The translations under genes were made by a program, and so were the position numbers. Under the pieces are notes generated by a model that worked only from the letters and a program-made list of their open reading frames with translations, had not been told where the DNA came from and ran no database searches. This document shows positions 49,201-61,200 of a stretch of DNA of 64,000 bases, piece after piece (position 1 is the stretch's first letter; the number at the start of each line of letters is the position of its first letter). Origin of the DNA: Fimbriosthenelais zetlandica (taxonomy: Eukaryota); the NCBI GenBank assembly GCA_977030845.1, contig OZ365113.1:26412001-26476000 (forward strand), read 5' to 3'.

Positions 49201-52200
49201 CATGTATATATAATACAGCTCTATAACGGTAATTATAATAGGTAATGCATTCCCTGCGCCATAGACAATGTACTTCCAGGGAGACTGAATACCCTCACTC
49301 CAATCTATTAAATCTGGAAATACGGCGGAACCTCACTTTCTGGCCGTTATGTGAGGTGGCCGCTTTAGTGAAAATGGAACCATGTATAACATGGTTGTTA
49401 TTTGAGGGGGCCGCTGTAGTGAGGTTAAAGTTATCAATAGACCCTGGAAAAAAAGGCACCGAGTCCCAGTTTCTGAACCTGACATATGCACATGACAACC
49501 ACACCCCATACTGAGTGGACATTATTAAGGCACTCATCCTGTGGTCCCATGTATCTTGCAACACAACACATGCACCTAGAAATATCCATTGCACAGAAGG
49601 CAGTGTAATAATGCACTTAAAAAGAGCCCCCAGCTGAAAATCGTACGAGTAAATCAAGAGTGTGAGCTGGTATTCACCCATAACAGGCTCTATATAAATT
49701 CTAACTAAAAAAAAGTGTGACAACGCCGGCGCATGTGTTGCAAGGACAAACCTGCGACAAAGTGATGCTTGTGTCGCAATGAAAATATTTCCATTGGATG
49801 ACGGCCTTAAGGTCATGGACACTTCAACTATATATACAATTGATAAATTTTATTGTGACACAAGCATCACCTTTGTCGCTAGTATCGCAAGTATCGCTAG
49901 TATCGCAAGCAAAATCGCAGCTTTACTCTCATCTTGTCTCACTCCTACCCCCAACCCCCACCCCCACCCCCCACCACTAAAGTGGTGAGTGAGAACCATA
50001 TTGTCTCGCTGGTCAACCTCCCACCTTTATTCCAATCAAAATAGCCGGCCACTCGGGTCATAAATATTGTGTCCGGGCTTCGATCCGTCGATTGCTTGGT
50101 CTGTCGCTTGGTCGCTTTCATCACTTGTGATGACGCGTTGCCACATGGGCCCGGATGTTGGGAGATAAAACCAAAAGCTGTCAGCTTCCATTAGGAGAAA
50201 GCTTTATGGCCTCCCGCGCGGCTTTGTCTCATTCATCCATTGCCGGACTCTTACATGGCAGAACATAGTAAATCGATCTCTCACTTTGACAGCAAATTGT
50301 GAAGCAATTGTCATATACTGGTTATGTAAGGTGCATGTATAATGGTAGGTAATACTGGGTAAGTGAGAGACAGAGATGCCAGGTTTTCAGTCTTTAAATA
50401 ATTTCTTTAATTAAATTTCATCACAATGATTATAGTCACTAGAGTCTTTAAGATACTTTTTAAATGCCTATTCATGGCCACTCTGGAGAGGGGATGTACT
50501 TCTGGGTGCCTTTCCCTCTTGCATTCCATTTAGGGATGTCCTCTCATTTGAATAGTCAGTAGTAGGCCTACTTTTACTAACTCACAGATGGTTGAAAACT
50601 GCTTTGTTGTTACCACGGCTGGAACGAACTGGGAGATATGGGAGATACTTACTATCCTAACTAGTAATGAGCAAAGTTGGAAACCAGCACTATGTTTATG
50701 TCCAGTAATATTATCTAAACGACATTTCATGGAAGGCTTAATTAATGGATTCGTTTAAAGGCGAGTTAAGCATAGTTAATGATGTACCTGTCACATAATA
50801 ATAATTGACATTTAACTGTCCTTGATATGTAAAATACTGGTTGCTTGTTTTGACCAGAGCTGATAGACATATTCATCTCTGTCAATATGTACGCATCAAA
50901 AACTTATTTGGAGTGACAAGTAACTAGCTACATGGCTCTTGCATCAAAATTATAGTTCTCTTGTTTGTCGAGCAGGGATAGCAATTTCGTCTCTTCAACT
51001 TATAGAGATTGCATCTTCCTTAAAGTCTTTTGTTAAGGTCAATTATCTGAAGAAATTTGTCGCTAGAATTAGCCCAGCTTTTACCTCTATACTATCAATG
51101 TATTGCACATAGCATAGGATGTGAAACCGTGCAACTAATTCCAACAATAGATTCAAGAAATCTTAATATTTTTTATCAAATTAACTATATATGTGATGTC
51201 TAGTTATATCACTCCCTTTTCCCTTTAGTGGTGACAGTGCATAAGGGTGAGTGTTACCTGCTTGTTGACTCAGATAGGGATCGATCCTATAGGAATAGTT
51301 TGGAAGCAGCTCCTATTGAAGACCAATAGAGCTTTATTTGTACTAGACGGCCAATAAAAGCCTGTGGTGGATGGGGGGGAAAACAGGAAAAACAGAAAAC
51401 GCTGCTGAAGGATTTATTGGTCAGGATGTTAATTCTTGGGCCAGATAACACGAATTCTCCCTCACTTTTGCTTTAGATTTTTCCTACTTTTTCCACCAAA
51501 ATGTGCAGAAAGCCACTCAGAGATAGGTAGTCAGTTCAGAGAAGAAACTTAATTAAGTCTGCAGCTGCTTTTGATTAACTTTCGATTTAAGTCGGTTCAA
51601 TTGAAGTTTACTATGGTTTTCCGGACTTCTCGGATGGCGCAGGTGCTTAGTGATGTAAAGGGCCAGCGATGTCTCCCACTGTCTGTAGTGAGAGGCATGT
51701 TGAAGGCCAGCCATGTCTCTCACTCTCTGCTGAGAGGCATGTTGAAGGCCAGCCATGTCTCTCACCCTCTGCTGAGAGGCATGTTGAAGGCCAGCCATGT
51801 CTCTTACCCTCTGCTGAGAGGCATATAGAAGCCAGCGATGTCTCCCACTGTGTGTAGTGAGAGGCCTGGAGACGGAGTCGGACAGCCATGTCTCCCACTG
51901 TCTGTAGTGAGAGGCATGTATCTAGAAGACCAGCACTTGATGTTTTCTGCTGTCTGATGCTTCCTTATTTGTGCCGTGACCCTGGCCTTTTTGCGATGTT
52001 AAATCCTATGCAACCATGTCTAACAGAACACATGTTTCAACAACCATCCTCTCGCACCTCACTTTAGTAGCAGCAGTGCAGATTTTATTGGTTCTATCAA
52101 CAATTAAACAATAAATCTCTGTAGTCCTCATTATTGGCTTGCTTGTGTGGCTTCCATCAATAGCGGGTTACCAAGCACGAAAGTTACATGTTCAGAACAA

Positions 52201-55200
52201 CCATAGTCAGGACATGGTGGACCGTAAAGCAAAGTGGATATCCATACTTTTATGAAGATGCTTTACCTATCCAAAGTCTGGTAGCTCATGGAAAACCAGA
52301 TAAATCAGTATGGCGTAGTCTCAGACTCAATTTTGTGAGCGTTGTGAAAATATCTATGTCCTGTATAATTTGCATATTTTGGGAAAAAGTCACTGCTGAT
52401 TCACCCGGAAAATACGGTAATAGTTTTTTCTATTTATAGACGTGACTGTACATATAATGATGGAACGTGGGGTGAATGGAGCATGCCAGTAGGCCTAGTT
52501 AATGCAGTGAATTGTTTGCATTGTCCCCACCTTGGCTCATATTGGCATACTTTGCGTCACTTTATCAAATGGAAAGCCAACTGCTGAATCATGAATGTGC
52601 TGCAAATGGACAAAAATAGTATTTTAAACCTGACAAGGCATCATGATGTTCTGGACATTATTTAATGTTGTAATGTCTGTAACTTTAAAATATCCAAACT
52701 AATATTTATTTATAAATGAAAATTTATGATTCCCGCTAGTATATTAGAAATCTTTGCGCAATTTGGATGTTTGTACCGGTAACTCCAGACTTATGGGACT
52801 GTATGTTTGGTATACTGTTGGGTAGTATTTTATCCTTACAAGAGGTATACTTTTCGGTCAACATTCGGACACTTGGGTGGCACACCCCCGTCCACTCCCC
52901 CCCCCCCCCCCCCCACACACACACACAAAAAGGGTAGGGTACCCTAGGGTAAGTGTGTATTTTTTGCGATGTCTTTCGCCATCAAGCCATAGAAATACAT
53001 ATATGCTTTGGTCTAATTTTGGCTAGCAGAAATTCGCGAGCGATGGGAGCGAACAGATTTTGTTCCTGCAAGGCAATTTCTGATTCTGCAACGCCCGCAT
53101 TCTTGGCTTCATGTGGACATCTTCAGCAGAATATATCACAACCTGTCTTATAGTGCAGTACCAGCCAACGCCTGACAATTACAGGGGAATTGTCCGCCGC
53201 TACTCACTTAATTGAGCTACCATAAAGTGCCGGTTATATCTCCAGTCTAGCAGTTACCTCTAACTGTTAACTGACATCTTGGTATATAACAATAGTGGGT
53301 GGGGTCCCTGCCTGTCTCCTGCTCCAACCAAACACTTTCTTTATAACTCAGGGCGTGGTGGCCAATTCACCATCTCCTCTAGATTATATATACTGGTGTT
53401 CTTTCTCTTTTCTTTTCTAAATATAACTTTTATATAAGAGTTTTGTGGAATTTGAAACAAATACATTTAAGCCAGAAATTTTCCATACCCTTGTCAACGT
53501 TGGGGAATGTTCAGTAGTATGTTCATGATAGCATTTAAGGTGAAACATCTTAAAAATATTTTGTCCTGAATTCCAATTTTTCTGACTTCAACCAGAAAGT
53601 TGTACCGCGTTTGTTCCTTGAATGACATCATGAACTTTACTCAACTTTGACATTGGTATGAATAATGTCGGCCTTTGTGAATTTATATATATTTCTTCGG
53701 TTACATCTCCTTTTTGGCAACACTACGTGCGGTTTCTTGAAATACATTTACAAATATGGTCTTTCTACCACCTTTCGATCTGCAGAGTGTCGATTGGATA
53801 TGTCTTAAAATAGATTCCGATGTATTTCTGTGGCGGAAACTGGCATGTTTTACAGTCTTATATTTATAGGACCATAGAGAATATTGAGCAAAAAGTGGTT
53901 ATTATAAGTCACAAGTCGGGCTAGCTTAACAGGACAGGCAGACATGCAGGCAGACCGGACAACCAAATCAAATCCGAATACCAGACTAAAAATAGAAATA
54001 CTCAGCTCAGGTGTGACATCACTTGGGTAAATAATGCAGGAAAGTTTGGGTGGGGAGGAAATGAGTGAGGAAGAAGAGGCAGAGTGGGCGGGACTGTATA
54101 TAGGACGGGTCCCATTAATGATGACGTTTATATTCACCAGCTCTGTCAGGTGAGCTTTGTCTCAAGTCAATAAGGTGAGGAGATTGATGACGTAGACATT
54201 GTCAAACTCTCCATGTATGTCAACAACTGAACATTGTTTGCTATAAGTCATACCTTCTCACCACGCTCTATAGCTCTTCATTACTGGACGCACCGCGGCG
54301 CCAGGTATTTATCAATATTAATCTTTAAGAAAAACGGTGTGCATGGCATGTCCGCTGTTCTTCTTCCGTGTTCTTTATGTAAGTAATTGATTAATGTAGG
54401 CGTCCCATGCATAAAGCTGAAATCTGAAGCGAAAAGAAGGGAGAAAAAGTCATAGATTGTCCATATCATCTTCGTGGAGATGGTTATTAACTCAAGTCCA
54501 CCTGTTTGTACCTTGATTTCTTCCATATTCGATAATACGTATACATGTACGTATATATATACATTTTTAATGTCACTTCTGTCCCGGGCGACATTTCGCA
54601 TTGTCAAAATGTCCTTCAGTCATGTTGGTACAGAAATCATATGTATAAACTTCGACATTGATTATTTATGGGTCTATACCATACTTATCTTTGCTGCCAG
54701 GGATCCAGGGATGCGGCTTATCACAACTAGCGGCCTGTACAACTATGTATTTTATATAATGGTCTTTACCTGAAGTACCAAGGATGCTGCTTAGAGTTAG
54801 CCAAAAGTCGCAGGCCAGCAGGCCATTGGCTAGATTTTTGGCTAATTTGTCGCCGTTTTGTTCAAATTCACCAACCAATTTTGGCGGTGAAGTAACTTAG
54901 TGAAAATTGTCAATTGCCCAGGAAAGAGGCCTGCGATTTGCCCTAAAATGGCAGCCACATTGGTTAGTAATCGACAAAAACTTTTGGCGGAGACTGAGCT
55001 TATACAATGTATAGCGGCTTATACATGTATGTATCAGCTAATACGGTAGATTTGTGGCTCCGTTTAATCCTCAATCATCATGTGTTTCCTATTAAATCAT
55101 GACTCGATGCTCATGTGCCTGTGACCAGATCAGTTTTTCTGATATAACTGAAAAATTGTTGAAAGTTACATTACAACCATACAATACATTACCGTCACCA

Positions 55201-58200
55201 TATACAAATATTGTACAAACTCCTCCCAACCAGGCCCGTCCGGCAAAGTCCTAACCCATCCATAGTCTGAGGCTATAAATAGTTCATAGTGGACAATTGA
55301 TTCTTAAGTGTTTGGCACTCTTGTCAACTCAGGCAAAACCCCAATCGTAGAGTCGGTCCGGGTACCTGTATCTCCTGATACTGATACTCATGTGCTGTGT
55401 GTTTTTGAACTATTGCTCTTCAAAATTTTCTCTGTAATATCTGTCCCACTTGTGTCAACCTCTTCCACTTTGATTTTGTGAGATTGTCGAAGGCTTTTGA
55501 ACATTTACTTTGTCATATTTTTGTAGTAAGATTACTAAATATAGGTGAGGCCTAAAGATCAAATCAAACGAAATGGTGTTCCCGAGTGAGGATCACCAGC
55601 CTCGATTTTTTTATTGCATAATCACGAGTGAAGCGAATGAATATGCCAGAAAAAACACTCGGGTAGTGATCCACCACTCGGGAACACCATCTCGTTTGAT
55701 TTGATCATGGTAATATTATTAACAGGGAATGAACAACATTTCCCAATGGGCCTAGAAAGTTTTGTTTGCAAAATAAAAGCTGACAACCATAAACCTCATG
55801 AATTATTCCCGTGGCAACACAGACTGGAGGAGAAGCAAGGATTTTGTTTTTGAAGCAAGCATACACGGCGAGGGAAGGCAAACAATGAGCCGGTGCGAGG
55901 TGTGTGGGGAATAGGGAGCTACTCGATTGAACAAGCGGAGGTGGGAAGACAATACACCAGCGCCCCTGTTGTCTGTTTCATGGGAAACACAAACCGGTGT
56001 GGCGTGCCAGGTGGGCCAAGGGGCCCGTCCTTCAGGCCATCAAGTGGCACGTGCTCGAAATTTCATACCCAACTTTGTTTTTTTTGGTTCTGTTATTGGG
56101 ATTGCATAAGGTTTGGGTAAGTTAAGGTTATGGTTATGTTATGTTATGCCAAACCTATACCAGATGTAACCCAAAGAGGGACAGTTCTTAGACAGCAAAT
56201 GGCAATGTGATGCACCAAGGCGGAAATTAGCAGAACATGAATTGTGGGTTCTGGTGAATATTAAGTGGATAGAACCCGCTCTTGGCCAAGGCCGAGCCCT
56301 TCTATGGGTCTGGTGTAGGAAACATTGACCATATACCTCACGTTGAAAGGCGAAGTTTGTAGCAGGGACGCAAGATACAAAAAGAACCTTCTAGGACAAG
56401 ACAAATAACTTGTTTGTAAGTGGAAATGTATGCTACATTTTAGACATCCGGATTTATGACTAATATAAAAAGGGTCCATTATCAGAGTTTTGTTATGCTA
56501 ACATTTTCTGAATCATTTTTACTTGAATGATTAATTACCTAAGTAAAGTACATTGTTAGCGTATTATAGGCGTTGGGTTTGCTACCGGATATTTATATAC
56601 TATCGTGTTTTTATTCCATCCGCAGTTAAATTTGAATTATTTAATGCTTTTCAATAATACTATAGAACCTTATCAGATCCTATCTTAATTGAATTCTGTT
56701 ATTTGTCGTCATTGAGAGCGCCACCACGCCTACAGGATTTCCATGTTTTCTTCTTTTTTTTCTGTGATCCACGAGTGACAGTTTTCCCATTACTTGTGGC
56801 CTTCAGCCCATTCCTTTTTATGGTCTATGAGTATTGCTAAGGATAGTAGACGACTATCTTTGATATTGCTCCATTCTATATTGACTTCAGTTTTTCTAAA
56901 TTCATTCTATTCAATTGTATCTAAAATTATTTGGAAAAATCTATAAATGAAGAAGCCCTGTTGATTTTAGGAAACAAAATCTGTGGGAAAATTACAATTT
57001 CTTGTCCCCATCCTTTGAATTGTTTTTAAATTAAAAACAGTTTTATAGTCTGTCTTTATGAAACAAAAAAGCTTATTGATTTAGAAAAAAAACAGATGGG
57101 TAAAGTAAAGAAAATTGTCCCTTTCCCTTCTTTTGTAGGCTGTAATGGTATGGGAAGACTGTCACAAGATGAGTCCACCAGCCATCCGCATCTCTTGCGT
57201 TGTTCTCTAGATTTCCTCTCTAGCACAAGAGCTGAGACATTGGAGAAGCAAGACGAAGACGAAGAGCAGCAGCTCAACGCCCCAAAGGTGCAAGAGTCCA
57301 TTGATACCCTCCCCGAGAAACACGCAGATTTAAGACCGATCAAGTCCGAGGAAAAGCAGGAAGAAGTAAAATGCGACAGTGAAAAGCAAGACGGCCAGAA
57401 TGTCATTATTGCGATGGACGGTACTCCTGGGAGTCCAATCAATTCTACCAACGTAGCCCCGATAAGCCCCTCCTCTCTCCAAGACAGCTGTCCCTCCTCT
57501 CTGGTCCCAAACAAGCCAGAAACTCCTAGTCCAACTCAGTTGAACCCGAATGACCTGGAAACTGCTCCTGTGCCTGCCACAAACCCTAAGAAGTGTAAAG
57601 ACGCCACTTTGGTTTTCGATTGGATAACAAAGGAATTAGAAGCTGTTCAAAGTGAGCTCGATTCCAAAGCCAAAGATGTTATTAACCCAGGTGTTCCTGT
57701 AACAATCCTAACCACAGACACCCCTGAACATGGATCCATCATTGAACCCGTGATTGCTACATCTCAAGTCAGGTCTGAATCTCAAAATGTCGAGACCTCT
57801 AACCAGCCTACATACCAAAGCTCCACCCCGTTTGTCAATGGAGGAGGAGGGACTCAGGTCGACCTTACCCAATTGCAGAGTCCCTCCCAGACTATAGTCC
57901 CCCTGCTTCCTGACGCTCCTCCCCCTATTCATGCTCCTCCCCTCCATGCTCCTCCCCTCTATGCTCCTCCCCCTATTCATGCTCCTCCCCCTCCTCTCTA
58001 TGCCCCACCTTCTTATCCCCATCCTCCGCCCTTCCCCATGTTTCGTCAGCCAATCTATCCGAAAGATATCCCTTTTGAATTCATCCGACAAATGGTGATC
58101 CATAGCGTTGGATCAGAGGGTCAAATGTCTCCGTATTGGTTCATGGCACCAATGTATGCTCCTGAAGTTATCCAACGACCCCGACCCTAGAAACCAACGT

Positions 58201-61200
58201 ATGCCAACAAATACCGACTATGTACCTCGCGAAATTCTCCCCCATGAACCTACCCATCTTCCTCTTCCTACCCCGCTTCTTACATGACAAAAACAGGGGT
58301 TTTCAAACCAAGTACAGGAGCCTCGTCATTTTGTTTGGTTTTATAAAACCGAAATGGGTAGTAAGTCCAAAGGACAAGGAAAATAAGTGCCAAAGAAGCT
58401 AGAACTTGCCTGTAGCTGTGTCTATGAGGCCTATTTACTTTTCTAAGTTTCACCTCTATGAAATTTGAAGAATTTTCCCATTGGAATTCTGTGATCTAAC
58501 TGCCAGAAACCCCATGTAATTTCGGGTTTAGTGACGTTTCTCAGACTCTGGTATACGTTGGACAAAAGGGAATTGATTAATACCAACATGTTTTTTTTTG
58601 TCTAGAATCCAAGGGACTTTTCTGTCAATTATTTACTTGGGTTTAAATGTTACTGCATAGAGAAGAATGCTGCAAATGCATTATGTTAAGAGAGATAGAT
58701 ATAACTTTGTGTAATTTTGTCTATTATTATGTACCTGCTATTATGACCAATTTGCGGTCAGGATTTCCCGTTTTTGTTCTTAATACTATAATTTATTTTT
58801 TTATTTGTTCCGAAAGGAAGTTAAAGAAGCATTTTTCTTGATTTGTGAAGGCCAGTTCATGTCCGCCTCCACATGTCGATGTCTCGTGCTGTTGACTCTG
58901 TCTGGCCATTTGTCATTGTTTATTGTGGGAGATAAGATTATTATTATTTTTTTCCAGAACCAGTAGATTAAGAATAAGGTATCTGATACGGCACTTGACA
59001 AGGGGCCATTAGTCGATTATTTCTGACTTCTCGTGTCTAGATCAGTTTCAGTGTTTGATCTTTTTTTTTACTCCCTGTGAAAATACAAGTGTCAAAATGA
59101 TTTATGGGGTTTTATTTTTTACACATAGAGAATGCCCCTTTATCTATTTACATGTTGATCACTCATCCAAATATTGATATATTTTCTTGTTTGTTCTTGT
59201 TCACATAAAAAAGGAAAAACAACCACAGGAGTGACTATTGTGTTATTAGTAAATATATTCAATCGATTTGTCCTAAACACATTTTTTAAATAATAGTTGA
59301 GCCGATCTAGAAGTCTATAGTCCTGTACCACTCTGTGGACCAGTGAGAACATACCGTGATATTTATTTCATGCCGCAGTAATACAGAAGAAGAGTGTTCA
59401 TGAACTAGCTGGAACAAGCTATTCCAGATACATGTACAAAAATACAAAATGTTGTCGTTCCAAAGCTCATGGTCTTGGTTTACTCATTTAGCGTATAAGC
59501 TGGGTAAATAAAGGAAATCTTCTGATGTCCACACTCACACCTTTAGATCTACATCACATAAATCTGAATAATTTATTTCTTAGGAAATCTTGTCCACGTT
59601 TTCTAATATTTTTCTCTTGTTTTGTACAGAATCAGTGGGAGATGAATCGATCTGCAGATTTTTCTCAGCGGGGAAAGTCTGCTGGAAGGCAGAGCACTGT
59701 CCCTACAAACACATCAAACCAGGTAAAAGATGTATACTCTTTAATATTGGAATTCAAGAACTTTCGCCAAATCATATAAATTCTTCGATGGCAAATCACA
59801 AAATATTGTGCAAGCAAAATTATTTTCGCAATGTTATTCCCGATCGAATCACATAACCGAATCCTGATTAATGGCATATTTGTGATCAGATCTTTCTGCA
59901 ACTCCCGCATAATTATGCATCGCTCATAGCAAACCTCTGCTATTGCAGAACTTACCCTACTATGGCTAGTACACTACTTACACACGATAAACATTCACTC
60001 ATAACATAAAAAATGTATTTTAATAGGAACAGACATGACAGAGAAGCGGTCCATTGTATGTGCGACTCACGGGGAGAATCGCCTGCTACTGCCCACAGAG
60101 GGCGATATGGTGATGCTGGAGGTGGTGTCCATGATCACTCCGGCTCATTTCTACGTCCACTTCCCATATGGCCCCACAGAGAATCTAGCAGAGATTCAGA
60201 GCCCCGCTAGTAAGGAATTAAGATTTATTCTTGCTTTAAATTAAAATCGAATGGAATCAAAGATAGTAATATTATATTAGTATCTTTGATTGAATTGAGT
60301 ACAGAACCTCGATAGTGAGGTCAGTTATGGTATAAACTTTGTTGATTTTGTACCATAAATGCAGCCTTGGAAACTCAAAAAGCATTTCCATGGCAATAAG
60401 TTTCATATATTATATGAACCCGTCTAAATTAAAAGGTATCATTCTCGGCTATGCTGATACCAAATTTTGTGATTTGTACAAAAAAATATTGCATTTTTCG
60501 CGTAACTGACTCCACTATAAATTCTTTTTTACTTCTCCACAGGTCCTGCTCCTTTACAGGAACTTAAACGTCTACGATTTGAGATGACGTATGTATCCTC
60601 TTTTTCTTTCTTTTTTTTAAATCCCCCCAAAAGCTGTCACACTTTGATAACCAGAATCCTCTGAGCTAAGATCTCCCTACGATATCCCTGCGATCTACTT
60701 GAACATGCTCAAAATAAGTGTTCTGATCAATGAAGAACACACAGGAACATGATCATAAGTTCATGCCACATACGTTTGTAGGGAGATCGTAGCATATAAC
60801 CAGCATCACAATTTATGACACAATTGATGAAGCATGTTGCAAAACACATTGGGATGTTTTCTGATTCTAAATATGTAAACATTTATTGGATATATAAAGG
60901 AAAATAATCATTTTCGGAAGTATAATTTATGTACAAAAGAAAATTTCAATATGTTCTTTGTTTTCAGGAATTACTATGAAGAGCACCTTTTTGAGCACCA
61001 GGACTTGACGGTGTATGCCAAGAGTGAGATGGTGGCCATTAAGTGTGATAAAGACGGGTATTGGTATAGAGCCTGCGTCCTCCAGCCATACCCCGATCGT
61101 CAAGAGATCAAAGTAAGACAGTTTTTTGGTAAAAAATAAAAATCAAACAGGTTCACAGAACATTCTGTCCTATTGCTGTTCCTCCAAATAAAACAAATCG

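Noticed and set aside
55273-55282. Perfect MEF2/TATA-like site CTATAAATAG
   Set aside because: It is an isolated motif in AT-rich DNA with no linked exon that I can support.
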